Source: Candidatus Limnocylindria bacterium (GTDB lineage Bacteria; Verrucomicrobiota; Verrucomicrobiia; Chthoniobacterales; UBA10450). Taken from it: a stretch of 64,000 nt of DNA. Below are positions 55,366-64,000 of this stretch, piece after piece; position 1 is the first letter of the stretch; the number at the start of each line of letters is the position of its first letter. The notes beneath the pieces are model-generated. The model searched no databases. It saw only the letters and a program-made list of their open reading frames with translations, and was not told the DNA's origin. The stretch is taken from NCBI GenBank assembly GCA_035535575.1, contig DATLPS010000086.1, forward strand, positions 13,156 to 77,155. Reading direction: 5' to 3'. The translations under genes were made by a program, and so were the position numbers.

Positions 55366-55400
55366 GGTCCCATAGGTCTTATTAGTCCTATAGGTTTTTT
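55366..55400. repeat. direct repeat GTCC(C/T)ATAGGT x2 plus a T6 run immediately 5' of the rsmE start
   Basis: GTCCCATAGGT lies at 55367-55377 and GTCCTATAGGT at 55385-55395. The second copy contains the palindrome CCTATAGG. TTTTTT follows, then C, then the ATG at 55402. Confidence 0.45.
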
Positions 55401-55401
55401 C

Positions 55402-56154
55402 ATGCATCGCTTCTATATCTCCCCGGGAAATTGGGAATCCTGCGCGCTAGCCTTGGATGGAGCGGAGGCTCATCACGCACGCGACGTCCTGCGCATGAAG
55501 CACGGAGAGAAACTTGTCCTGTTCAATGGACGAGGGCGCGAAATTACTACGGAAATTATCAATATTAGCGGCGACGAAATTCGGCTACGAAAATTGCACG
55601 AAGCGGAAACGCCGCCGCTGAAATGCCGGATCATTCTTGGACAGGCGATTCCAAAAGGGAAAAACATGGAGTTGATCGTGCAGAAGGGGGTAGAGATCGG
55701 TGCCACCGAAATCGCGCCGATAATTTCTGACCGCACGATCGTGCAGGTGGATTCCGAAAGCGCCGCGCAAAAACAGTCAAAATGGCAGCAAATCGCGATT
55801 GAAGCAGCCAAACAATGCGGTCAGAACTGGCTGCCGCATGTGCACGCGCCGAAAAGATTGGCAGAATTATTTTCCGTAGCGTCAGAGGAATCGTTTGATC
55901 TCCGGCTGATCGGATCGCTCCAGCCTGACGCGCAACACCTGAAGAAGGTCCTTGCGGATTATTCGAGTGAACATCAAGGGCGTCCTCGAAGCGTGCTGAT
56001 GCTTATTGGACCCGAAGGCGATTTCACGCCTGCGGAACTTGCACTGGCGCGCCGACATGGATGCCGGCCAATCACACTCGGTCCAATCATCCTGCGAGTG
56101 GAAACCGCCGCAATCTATTGCTTGAGTGTTCTTTCCTACGAATTGCTGACGTAG
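55402..56154 (+). CDS. rsmE: 16S rRNA (uracil1498-N3)-methyltransferase
   Basis: ORF 55360..56154, with the start moved to the ATG at 55402 (MHRFYISPG, the typical RsmE start). The C-terminal SPOUT-knot motif is IGPEGDFTPAEL. Confidence 0.85.
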   Translation: MHRFYISPGNWESCALALDGAEAHHARDVLRMKHGEKLVLFNGRGREITTEIINISGDEIRLRKLHEAETPPLKCRIILGQAIPKGKNMELIVQKGVEIGATEIAPIISDRTIVQVDSESAAQKQSKWQQIAIEAAKQCGQNWLPHVHAPKRLAELFSVASEESFDLRLIGSLQPDAQHLKKVLADYSSEHQGRPRSVLMLIGPEGDFTPAELALARRHGCRPITLGPIILRVETAAIYCLSVLSYELLT

Positions 56155-56161
56155 AGATCCT

Positions 56162-56210
56162 GTAGCGGCGCTTGTGTCAAGCGCCGGGCGTTTGGCACCA
56201 ACGCCTCTAC
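56162..56210. repeat. REP doublet (REPIN-like), twin of 1506-1581
   Basis: GTAGCGGCGCTTGTGTCAAGCGCCG has a perfect 8-bp stem CGGCGCTT/AAGCGCCG with loop GTGTC. It is followed by GGCGTTTGGCACCAACGCCTCTAC. It lies between the convergent rsmE and greA-like genes. Confidence 0.6.
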
Positions 56211-56223
56211 AACGATTGCGACT

Positions 56224-58116
56224 TTATCCCGTTATCCCTGCTTCAACGGCAGACTGGCTAGGAAGTGTGTGTGCGGCCGTCGCGCGCTCCGGAGGCGCCG
56301 GCTGGATTGCGATGATTGTAAATTGAGCGGTACCGTGCTCAGTCGCAACCGAGATGCTCTCGCCAAGCGCATGACCGAGCAGCGCTTGTCCAATCGCAGT
56401 TTGATACGAAATAATGTGCCGCTCGGGGTCACCATCCCATGCGCCCAGAATTGTGTACGTCTCTTCCTCGTTGGTCTCCACGTTGCGCAACGTGACGATT
56501 GTTCCTATGGACACACGCGACGTGTCAACATTTTCAAATGAGGTCCCGCGCGCGTTGTGCAGCATTTGTTCAAGCTCGGCTTTGCGCCGCATCAGAACGC
56601 TTTGCATTTGCTTGGCCGCCTTAAATTCGAAATTCTCGCTCAGATCGCCGTACGACCTGGCGAGCGCAATCTCCCTGGTGTTCTCGGGAATTTTTACCTG
56701 TACTAGTTCCTCGTATTCAGCCTTGCGTCTTTCCAGGCTGCTCCAGGAAACGATTAGCGCCACGGTTTCGGTTTGGGATTGTGCGCCGGTGATCATGCTT
56801 TCCAGTTCTGGATAGGCTTTCACGATCCGCGCCAGGAGCGAGCGCTTCGTCAATTCATCGAACAACGGGCTTAATTGGAACCGCCGCATGGCATCGCGCG
56901 CGAGTGCCGCGTCGCCTTTCCTCAAAATGTCTCCAAGCAATTGCCGATCTTCAACGAGAACACGGTGCAACTTGCCGGCTCGACCAGGAGCGTTGTGCTG
57001 TTCCCGTTCAAGTGCTGACAAAATCGCGCCGAGTAATTCCGGCGTAATGAGATCACTCCAGTTTTCGCGATCGCTGCACAGCCACGCGAGCATCTCGCTC
57101 GTAGCTGAATGCTCACGAATGCTCCGCTCCAGCATTGTCCGAAGCTCGGCATGCTGACCGGCTTCACTCAAGATGCGCGGAATTTGGGCGACCATACGGC
57201 CGTGACTTCCTTGCATCAAAAGTAAGGCGCGCTCTGTCCAGCGCGGCCCCAGCGCTGATGGCAAGGCTTGCAAGATTCTTTTCTCTTTTGCCGCCGGCAA
57301 TTTGGGCAGGATCGATATCAAACGCTTTTCTTCCTCAACAATTAATTTCGAAAGAGTCAAACCGACGTGCGTCGTGTGTAGTGTCGAGATGCGCTCAAGC
57401 AAATCGTCCCGCGCCATCATCAACTCGAACGCGAGTTCGGGATGTATTTTCTGGTTGCGCACCGCCGTGTTTTCAATGGTGACGATAATGGGCTGAAGCT
57501 GTTTTTCAGGTTCCTTGAACTGCGCGTGAAATTTTATGATCTGATCGAGCGCCGCGATTTGCTGTTTCGGCTGTCGCGCTTTGTTGAAAGCGGCGACCAA
57601 CTCGTCAGCGTGCGACACACCTTCGCCGCGGATTTGGATTGGCTCGGTTTTCTTTGCTGGAATCGAAAAAGCGCCGCTCGCCTTGAGCACCTTCTTCGTT
57701 GATTCCCACCAGCGTTTCCATTCCGCCTCAGTGAAAACATCATCGACCAGCCATTCACTGATTTGCTGTACCGTGGCTTTGCCGTCCAGACTTTCCAGAA
57801 TATTACGCACGAGCGCGGCCGAATTCTCCTTCGCCAAATTTTTGATCGCAGCGAGGTCGGTCGCCTTGCGCGAAAGAAAATGCTCCGGAGCCAGCGGGGT
57901 GAGATTCTCCGCTGCGTACTCGACTTGCATTGGATGGGCTTTCTTGCTGCCAAAATCAATTACGATCTGATTGAGCAGCAGGTTCCATTCGCGCACGCGA
58001 CCGAATCCCCAACTCTTATGCAAACAAAACGTGCCGGGCTTTAATTTTTCCAGTTGTCCTGCGGCCTGTGAAGTAAGCTTACCGGCTTCAATGAGTTTCT
58101 GTAGTTCAGGATCCAT
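56224..58116 (-). CDS. 630-aa protein with a GreA/GreB C-terminal domain and a CarD-like N-terminal region
   Basis: The C-terminus has ENFEFKAAKQMQ followed by VSIGTIVTLRNVETNEEETYTILGAWDGDP...ISYQTAIGQALLGHALGESI (the Gre C-terminal domain pattern). The N-terminus GTFCLHKSWGFGRVREW...IVIDFGSKKAHPMQVEYAAENL resembles a CarD/TRCF RNAP-interaction domain. Confidence 0.6.
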   Translation of the reverse strand: MDPELQKLIEAGKLTSQAAGQLEKLKPGTFCLHKSWGFGRVREWNLLLNQIVIDFGSKKAHPMQVEYAAENLTPLAPEHFLSRKATDLAAIKNLAKENSAALVRNILESLDGKATVQQISEWLVDDVFTEAEWKRWWESTKKVLKASGAFSIPAKKTEPIQIRGEGVSHADELVAAFNKARQPKQQIAALDQIIKFHAQFKEPEKQLQPIIVTIENTAVRNQKIHPELAFELMMARDDLLERISTLHTTHVGLTLSKLIVEEEKRLISILPKLPAAKEKRILQALPSALGPRWTERALLLMQGSHGRMVAQIPRILSEAGQHAELRTMLERSIREHSATSEMLAWLCSDRENWSDLITPELLGAILSALEREQHNAPGRAGKLHRVLVEDRQLLGDILRKGDAALARDAMRRFQLSPLFDELTKRSLLARIVKAYPELESMITGAQSQTETVALIVSWSSLERRKAEYEELVQVKIPENTREIALARSYGDLSENFEFKAAKQMQSVLMRRKAELEQMLHNARGTSFENVDTSRVSIGTIVTLRNVETNEEETYTILGAWDGDPERHIISYQTAIGQALLGHALGESISVATEHGTAQFTIIAIQPAPPERATAAHTLPSQSAVEAGITG

Positions 58117-58216
58117 CTATGGGAGCATACGTTTCTCGGTGTGACGTATAGGCCGTCCAAGCGCCTCTTGCAATTTGCGATTGCCGTGCGCCTCGCGGCA
58201 TGAAAACCTCCCCGCC

Positions 58217-59152
58217 GTGAAGACGAGCATCTGGTTTTGGATCGCCTTTCACATCGGCGTCTTCATTGCAATCGGAATCGACCTCTTCACCTTCAAACTC
58301 CGCGGTCGGGAATTAAGCATACGCGCTGCGGCTCAACGGACCGCGATTTGGGTGCTGGTGTCGCTCGGCTTTAACGCCCTGGTCTGGCGCATCAAGGGAC
58401 CCCATCACGGTCTCGATTTTCTCACCGGCTATCTCATCGAGTATTCGCTGAGCATGGATAACATTTTCGTCTTTGTGTTGATTTTCGCGCATTTTCGCGT
58501 TCCTCCGCTCGCGCAACACCGCGTTCTGGTGTGGGGAATCATTGGCGCACTCATCATGCGCGGCACGATGATCTTGTGCGGTATCGCGTTGGTGCAACGC
58601 TTTCACTTCGTTCTTTATCTCTTTGGTCTTTTCCTGCTCATCACAGCGGGCCGCATGCTGTTCAAAAAACATCCGGCGCGCGATTTCACAGAGGGTTGGG
58701 TGTTGCGAATGTGCCGCAGGGCTCTTCCGATTACTCGCGACTTCCACGAACAACATTTTAGAGTCCACATAGATGGCCGCTGGATGTTGACTCCACTCGC
58801 TCTGACGATGATCGTGATCGAGGTCACGGACTTGATCTTTGCCGTTGATTCTATTCCCGCGATCTTCGCGATTACGCGCGACCCATTCATTGTTTATACA
58901 TCTAACATCTGCGCGATACTTGGTTTGCGATCGCTCTACTTCCTGCTGGCCGGTTTAATGAATCGTTTCATTTATCTGCGAACGGGACTCGCGCTGGTGC
59001 TCGCCTTCATCGGGATCAAAATGATTATTGCGGATTATTTACCGTTGCCCAGGGCCCTTTCGCTCGGGGTCATCGTCCTCATTCTCGGGGTTACAATAGC
59101 GATTTCGATGTTCAAGACACAGAACCGCGTCGCAGCTGAAGGCGAAAAATAA
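58217..59152 (+). CDS. TerC family integral membrane protein
   Basis: LIEYSLSMDNIFVFVLIF and VEVTDLIFAVDSIPAIFAIT are the two TerC repeat signatures. I prefer the GTG at 58217 (VKTSIWFWIAF) over the TTG at 58175. Confidence 0.8.
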   Translation: MKTSIWFWIAFHIGVFIAIGIDLFTFKLRGRELSIRAAAQRTAIWVLVSLGFNALVWRIKGPHHGLDFLTGYLIEYSLSMDNIFVFVLIFAHFRVPPLAQHRVLVWGIIGALIMRGTMILCGIALVQRFHFVLYLFGLFLLITAGRMLFKKHPARDFTEGWVLRMCRRALPITRDFHEQHFRVHIDGRWMLTPLALTMIVIEVTDLIFAVDSIPAIFAITRDPFIVYTSNICAILGLRSLYFLLAGLMNRFIYLRTGLALVLAFIGIKMIIADYLPLPRALSLGVIVLILGVTIAISMFKTQNRVAAEGEK

Positions 59153-59199
59153 AGTATTGCTTTCGCCATCCGGAATCATTTAACTGATTTGGAGAGCCT

Positions 59200-59619
59200 A
59201 TGAAAACCATCCTTTCCCTCGCAGCCGTCGCCGGACTTGTCAGCGGAGCCTTCGCCGACATTCAAGATCCGCCTTCGAACGATTATGGGCCGACGCGCAA
59301 GCTCGGTCGGGGACTTTCGAATTTTGTTTTCGCTCCGACTGAGTTTTTTGTGACGGTTAACCAGGTCAACCAGACGGAAGGTAATTCTGCGGGGGCTGGT
59401 TATGGCGTTGTGCGCGGTCTGGGCCGCTCCGCCACACGACATGTTGCCGGTCTTATCGAGATTTTGACGTTTCCGTTTCCAATATGGAGGGAAAGCTATT
59501 ATCCGATACTGCCGTCTGATATTCCCTACATTCATGCAGGGTACCCGGAATTTCCGCCTGAGGTTGGGAACGAATCGAAATACCCTTACGTGCGCGATTC
59601 GCATCAGGATTTCAATTAG
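59200..59619 (+). CDS. exosortase-system-associated-type secreted protein (TIGR04073-like)
   Basis: A signal peptide is followed by KLGRGLSNFVFAPTEF and GVVRGLGRSATRHVAGLIEILTFPFP. This matches my memory of the TIGR04073 pattern (KLGRG..N, G..E..TFPFP). Confidence 0.55.
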   Translation: MKTILSLAAVAGLVSGAFADIQDPPSNDYGPTRKLGRGLSNFVFAPTEFFVTVNQVNQTEGNSAGAGYGVVRGLGRSATRHVAGLIEILTFPFPIWRESYYPILPSDIPYIHAGYPEFPPEVGNESKYPYVRDSHQDFN

Positions 59620-59816
59620 CACTCGATTCCATCAATCGCCTGTTTTCGGTTAACTTGAGCGACCTCTGCGCGCCTCCGACTGGTGTTGATGCGCATTACG
59701 CTCGAAGATGTCGGGCGGGGAAACTGGCTGTGTAGTCACAGTCCCGTGACAGCAACATTTGCTTAGCACCCACTCCAGCATGAGCCATTGGCATTTCGCT
59801 GCCACTGGATGCTCAG

Positions 59817-60938
59817 GTGAAACAGCCGGTCGGTGATATGCGCGTTGTCGATGTAAAAATCGAAGATATTGCTTTCGGCGGGAAAGGCGTCGGGCGCGAG
59901 CATGGGAAAGCCATCTTCGTTCCGTACACCATCGAGGGTGAACTGGTTTCGGCCGAAATCGTGCGCGAGAAGAAACAATTCGCCGAAGCGGAGCTGGTCG
60001 AGGTAAAGCAAGGCTCACCGGATCGCGTCGAACCACAGTGTCCCTATTTCGGCCGCTGTGGCGGATGCGCTTACCAGCACATGAGCTACGAACATCAGCT
60101 GGCGATAAAATGGCGACAGGTTCGCGATGCTCTCCAGCGGATCGGCAAGTTCAAAGATGTCCCGATGCGCCCCATCATTGCTGCACCGGAGCAGTATAAG
60201 TATCGCAACCGCATCACTGTGCACGCGGAGGACGGGGTAATCGGTTTTTTCGGGCGTGATTCGCACCGATTGATCGACATCGAACGCTGCCCGATCGCAA
60301 CAGCCGCAGTCAATAGCTCGCTAACGGAATTACGCGCGCAACCATACGTGCGCGATGGTCATTACGCGTTGCGGACTTCAGCCAGCGCGCGCGTTTTTTC
60401 TCAAACCAATGACGCGGTCGCAAATGCTTTACGCGATTTGATTGTCGATCTCGTCCCGCCGAATCAAGAACTGCTGATCGATGCTTATTGCGGCGCCGGA
60501 TTTTTCGCGAAAGCATTGCTCAACAAATTCGAGCGCGTGATCGGGATCGATTGGGACAGGTTTGCAATTGCTGCTGCAACGGAAAACGCGACTGCGAAAG
60601 AGACCTACATCGCCGCCGATGTAGAAGAAGAATTGAACCGTTGCCTCGAGAATGCTGTAGGGTCGGGTGTCTCAGCCGAAGAGCATAAGGCTTCGCGCGT
60701 GGGGACACGCGCCAATACACTCCTTATCGATCCTCCGGCCACCGGGCTGAGCGCAAACGCGCGAAAGGCAATCCTGGACCTCGCGCCGACGACGCTGATT
60801 TACGTTTCATGCAATCCGCCGACACTGGCGCGAGATTTGAGAGAGTTGGGGAACAAATTTACCATCGATTCGGTCACGCCGCTCGACATGTTTCCGCAAA
60901 CCGCCGAGATCGAAGTGCTCGTCCATCTTCACGCATAG
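59817..60938 (+). CDS. RlmD/RumA-family RNA (uracil-5)-methyltransferase
   Basis: It has a TRAM-like N-terminus and the Fe-S cysteine cluster CPYFGRCGGCAYQH. SAM-binding and catalytic motifs are DAYCGAGFF, LIDPPATG and YVSCNPPTLARD. The start is GTG. Confidence 0.8.
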   Translation: MKQPVGDMRVVDVKIEDIAFGGKGVGREHGKAIFVPYTIEGELVSAEIVREKKQFAEAELVEVKQGSPDRVEPQCPYFGRCGGCAYQHMSYEHQLAIKWRQVRDALQRIGKFKDVPMRPIIAAPEQYKYRNRITVHAEDGVIGFFGRDSHRLIDIERCPIATAAVNSSLTELRAQPYVRDGHYALRTSASARVFSQTNDAVANALRDLIVDLVPPNQELLIDAYCGAGFFAKALLNKFERVIGIDWDRFAIAAATENATAKETYIAADVEEELNRCLENAVGSGVSAEEHKASRVGTRANTLLIDPPATGLSANARKAILDLAPTTLIYVSCNPPTLARDLRELGNKFTIDSVTPLDMFPQTAEIEVLVHLHA

Positions 60939-62755
60939 ACCAGCAGATCGATGTCTTCCGGCAGCGAGTTTGACACTTCGCGAATCACATTTCCGCGAAG
61001 CAGATTTATCAGGGCACTGCGTTGTGGCGCTCCGAGAATGACCCGCGACGCGCCGAGCGTTGCGGCAACATCCACGATCGTTTCTGCCGCCGAAGGACTC
61101 ACGGCGTAAGCGAAGAGCGGTTGCTGGTCGCCGGCTTTTTGTTTGGCTTCCGCGAAAATTGCGCTCGCTTCCGGGTCTTCTTGCCATTTACGGCGAACGT
61201 CCTGCTCAGTCATGAATGGCTGTTCGCGTACAAAGAGTAAATAAAGTCGAGCGCGTGCCTTGCGCGCTTCGCGCAAGGCAAAATCGAGTGTCCGGCCGGC
61301 GCTGCGAATCGCGCAGAGAACTGATTCGCCGCCTGGCGGAGCCAGCGCTTCAGACTTAGCCCTCGTAAGATCGACAGGCAGCCGTTCCGGCATCGCCCCG
61401 AATACTTGAGGCGCTTCTTTTTTCATTCGGCGCTCCTGCACGAGTCCACGCAGAATCAATCCCCCCGCGAGAATCGTAACGGCAAAATAACGCGCATTCG
61501 GCTTGTCAATGAGCAGCGAAATTTCGATCGCAGCCATAACAAGAAAAGTTCCGAACATCAGCATGCGTTCTGAGGTTTTGATTGACAGTTTCCGGTCGGT
61601 TGAAGTCGCACCGAGGTTGGTCGCGATCGCGCCGACCACGCCGACAGCGTAAAGATCGGCGAGACCGGACATATCTTTCACGACAATCACGAGCAGCATT
61701 GGGACGACGGTAGCGAGCAGCATTCCCGCACTCGGGACGCCCCATTTATTGAGGCGCTGAAAGATTGTTGGGACCTCGCGGTCGCGGGACATAAGAAATT
61801 GAATCGCGATGAGATCGACAATCGCAGTGTTGACGGCGGAAAGCAGAAGCAGGCCGAAGACAATACTGACGATGAAACCGAATGCATGACCGAGCGCCGG
61901 ACCAAGTGCACCACCGACGAAGATTTGCCCCATGTAACGCAGCATGTAATCGCGCACGCCTTCTGCGCCGGGAGCGTTGACGTCACCGTTTACAATTTGC
62001 AGTCCGCTGAGCGCATGCATGGCTAGCCCAAGCAACGCGGTGAACAGACAAACTTCGATCATGACGATCAAAATCGCAGGCGTCGAAGTCTTCGTCACCG
62101 ATGGGTGCGCATCGGTGCTGCCCGGATCGAGCTTCATGACGCCAGTGGCGTTGGCGATAGCTTCAACACCTGAAAGCGCCAGCACGATTCCGACGAAACC
62201 GGCCCAGTTCTGTCCAAAGGTTCCGTGCAACGGTTGCAAGTGACCCAACGCAGTGCCGAGATGCGGCAGACTGAAAAGGCCCAGTGTGATAACCACAATC
62301 GCGGTGGGAACCGAAACTAAAAACGCGAGCCCGCCGGTTTGTTTTGGTCCAAGCAGATTAAGTAATCCGACAACGAGGATCGCTGCGGCGGCGAATTTTT
62401 CCGGGTGCGGTACACCGAGGTATTGAAACGCGGAAAGCGCGCTAATGGCTGCTGTTACTAAGTAATCTGCGATGAGTAGAAACGCACCTACAATAGAGAT
62501 GACTTCGCTCCGGTGGCGGACGCTGGCGTAAACCCCGCCGCCGTCCGGATAAAGACGGCAGATGACCATGTAGTTGATCCCGACGAGCGCTGTCAGGACG
62601 CACATTGCTGCGATCAGCCAAAATGAAGCGTAACCAGCGACGGCGAATGCCAGCCCAATCACATAAGCCTTGCTCGTACCCCAATCGCCGTAAAGAATTG
62701 CTGCCGCGCGCTTCCAATCCACATTGCGCGGACGTTTGACGTTGGTTGGTATCAT
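60929..62755 (-). CDS. APC-family amino acid/polyamine permease fused to a C-terminal universal stress protein (Usp) domain
   Basis: 608 aa. It has about 12 transmembrane segments followed by a cytosolic Usp-like domain (VLCAIRSAG...ASRVILGAPQRS). The 3' end overlaps the convergent methyltransferase gene by 10 nt. Confidence 0.8.
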   Translation of the reverse strand: MIPTNVKRPRNVDWKRAAAILYGDWGTSKAYVIGLAFAVAGYASFWLIAAMCVLTALVGINYMVICRLYPDGGGVYASVRHRSEVISIVGAFLLIADYLVTAAISALSAFQYLGVPHPEKFAAAAILVVGLLNLLGPKQTGGLAFLVSVPTAIVVITLGLFSLPHLGTALGHLQPLHGTFGQNWAGFVGIVLALSGVEAIANATGVMKLDPGSTDAHPSVTKTSTPAILIVMIEVCLFTALLGLAMHALSGLQIVNGDVNAPGAEGVRDYMLRYMGQIFVGGALGPALGHAFGFIVSIVFGLLLLSAVNTAIVDLIAIQFLMSRDREVPTIFQRLNKWGVPSAGMLLATVVPMLLVIVVKDMSGLADLYAVGVVGAIATNLGATSTDRKLSIKTSERMLMFGTFLVMAAIEISLLIDKPNARYFAVTILAGGLILRGLVQERRMKKEAPQVFGAMPERLPVDLTRAKSEALAPPGGESVLCAIRSAGRTLDFALREARKARARLYLLFVREQPFMTEQDVRRKWQEDPEASAIFAEAKQKAGDQQPLFAYAVSPSAAETIVDVAATLGASRVILGAPQRSALINLLRGNVIREVSNSLPEDIDLLVYA

Positions 62756-62771
62756 CGCGTTACGTTCAATG

Positions 62772-63005
62772 TTAAAATCGGCGCGCGAAACCGATTACGC
62801 AGTTGAAATCGTCCGAGCTCCGGGTCAAACCGAAGAATGAATCCACATCAACTGAGAAGTCCGGGGTGACTTGATAAGTCAAACCAGTGTCGAGTGTGCC
62901 GATCGAAGTTCCCGAATCGACCGCGTCGTAGAATTCGAAATAGCCACTCAATTCCTGACGATTGTGCGGGAAAGTCCGATTGGATTTTGTCGCTGCACGC
63001 GGCAA
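62772..63005 (-). pseudogene. C-terminal remnant of an outer-membrane beta-barrel channel (MetA-pathway/phenol-degradation-like family)
   Basis: Only 77 codons, starting with TTG. It ends GLTRSSDDFNCVIGFARRF, with a terminal aromatic residue, and has alternating beta-strand patterning (LTYQVTPDFSVDVDSFFGL). All three upstream frames are closed by stop codons. Confidence 0.4.
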
Positions 63006-63420
63006 GCACGTTCAACTTTGATTGAGCTCAATTAACTCGACCCAAACGAGCGGCACTCGGCCGACGAGGCGCCTCACGCTGCGGAAGTCAAATCCGCAAG
63101 GCTACGGAAAGATCTCGAAGAGTGGGGCCGCGGGTTTTCGATAAACCAAGTCCAAAACGGCGGCACTGAGTCATTATGGATGGTCGACTTGTCTGCCCGG
63201 TTTGTTTTGTTACCGCCTAAAACGGCGACTCCCTGCGAGCCCTCGCTGATCGGAACGACGGTCGGCTGTCCTGCGGGTAGTTTCACGTCACGGGTTCGGA
63301 CGAAAATGACCGCGATCGCTTTCATTCCTAAAGCGTCGTCCGGACTTCAGCGCGACCGTTAATTAAAATCTTCCTCTAAAACGCTAAAAGATTATTAACG
63401 TTCCACGAACTCCCTGCATC

Positions 63421-64000
63421 CTATTGGTGCTCCGTCGAAAGCCTGTACCCTATTCCGACTTCTGTTTTGATGAGCCGCGGCGCATTCTCGCGGGCTTCGA
63501 GTTTCTTGCGCAAATGCGTGACGTAAACGCGAAGATACTGCGCCTGGCTTTCGGCCTTCTCTCCCCAAACGGTGCGAAGTAATTGCCGATGGGTCACAAC
63601 TTTTCCGGCGTTTTGCACGAGCACGCGCAACAATGAGTATTCGGTCGGCGTTAGTCTGATCTCCTCGCCACCTACCCTTACCTGGCGCGCTGCGAAATCG
63701 ACGTATAGCGCTCCGGAGTTAAAAACCGGGTCACCGGTTTCCGTGAGCGAGCGGCGTTGCGCCGCGCGGACGCGAGCCAATAACTCCGCAGTGTCGAATG
63801 GTTTGGTTACATAGTCATCGGCGCCGGCATCGAGCGCGGCGACCTTTTCATCGGGGTCGTCCCGCACGGAGAGAATCAACACCGGCACATCTGACCACTC
63901 TCGCAAACGTCGCAGCACCTTTGCGCCTTCCATGTCCGGCAAACCAAGGTCGAGTAAAACTACATCGGGCCGACGGTTAACGATTTCTGTCAGGCCAGCT
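63421..64000 (-). CDS. OmpR/KdpE-type response regulator (5' end outside the window)
   Basis: The ORF-track start is a TTG inside the receiver domain. The frame stays open to position 64000 (…AGLTEIVNRRPDVVLLDLGLPDMEG). The C-terminal winged-helix region has LTPTEYSLLRVLVQNAGKVVTHRQLL and GIGYRL. Confidence 0.85.
   Translation of the reverse strand, partial: AGLTEIVNRRPDVVLLDLGLPDMEGAKVLRRLREWSDVPVLILSVRDDPDEKVAALDAGADDYVTKPFDTAELLARVRAAQRRSLTETGDPVFNSGALYVDFAARQVRVGGEEIRLTPTEYSLLRVLVQNAGKVVTHRQLLRTVWGEKAESQAQYLRVYVTHLRKKLEARENAPRLIKTEVGIGYRLSTEHQ

Noticed and set aside
58117-58216. A yybP-ykoY (Mn2+) riboswitch upstream of the TerC-family gene
   Set aside because: TerC/Alx genes often carry this leader. 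However, I could not find the conserved GGGGAGUAG or paired UUGAGAC-type core elements on the plus strand in the 100-nt leader. An Rfam covariance-model scan would settle it.
60929-64000. A kdp potassium-transport operon, suggested by the KdpE-like regulator and the Usp-domain protein
   Set aside because: No kdpA, kdpB or kdpC genes are present in the window. The Usp domain is fused to an APC permease rather than to a KdpD sensor. I have no basis beyond the OmpR-family resemblance.

Overview
This window is a gene-dense chromosomal segment with about 55 protein genes, one tRNA, and no rRNA, CRISPR array, transposase, integrase or prophage. I found no defence-island or mobile-element signature and no clear-cut novel system; the items below are leads, not demonstrated systems. 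The gene content points to a PVC-superphylum bacterium, probably a soil Verrucomicrobiota; this is inference only. It rests on LL-diaminopimelate aminotransferase DapL, a SWIB/MDM2-domain protein, a 51-aa small basic protein of the Chlamydiae/Verrucomicrobia type, hopanoid genes hpnH-shc, a TIGR04073-like protein and many GT39/GT2/GT9 envelope enzymes. Most genes are housekeeping: panC-nadB, aroA-cmk-plsC, grpE-dnaJ, rsmE, putA, a superoxide dismutase, a dsbD-like reductase and peptidases. Note that the M at the start of ORF-track entries is often GTG or TTG, so I re-picked several starts by hand. I also found two genes the track misses: a partial M28 peptidase at 1..1485 and a 51-aa small basic protein at 28238..28393. 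Observations worth a second look: (1) GTAG-headed palindromic REP/REPIN-like elements in at least seven intergenic spots, one pair showing a compensatory stem change, with no RAYT-type gene in the window. (2) Phased short tandem repeats, mostly 7-nt units, sitting directly 5' of several start codons. (3) A bacterial lipase-maturation-factor (LMF1-like) gene clustered with a frameshifted SGNH esterase and a PlsC-alpha/beta-hydrolase fusion; this is my best candidate for an undescribed functional module. (4) Unusual domain fusions: LpxL-type acyltransferase with GT9 heptosyltransferase, MBL/beta-CASP exonuclease with ATP-dependent DNA ligase, and a CarD-like N-terminus with a GreA C-terminal domain. 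(5) Two lipoproteins sharing a conserved C-terminal module. (6) A STAS plus GAF-PP2C pair translationally coupled to grpE-dnaJ. All functional calls come from motif recognition by eye; no database search was run.
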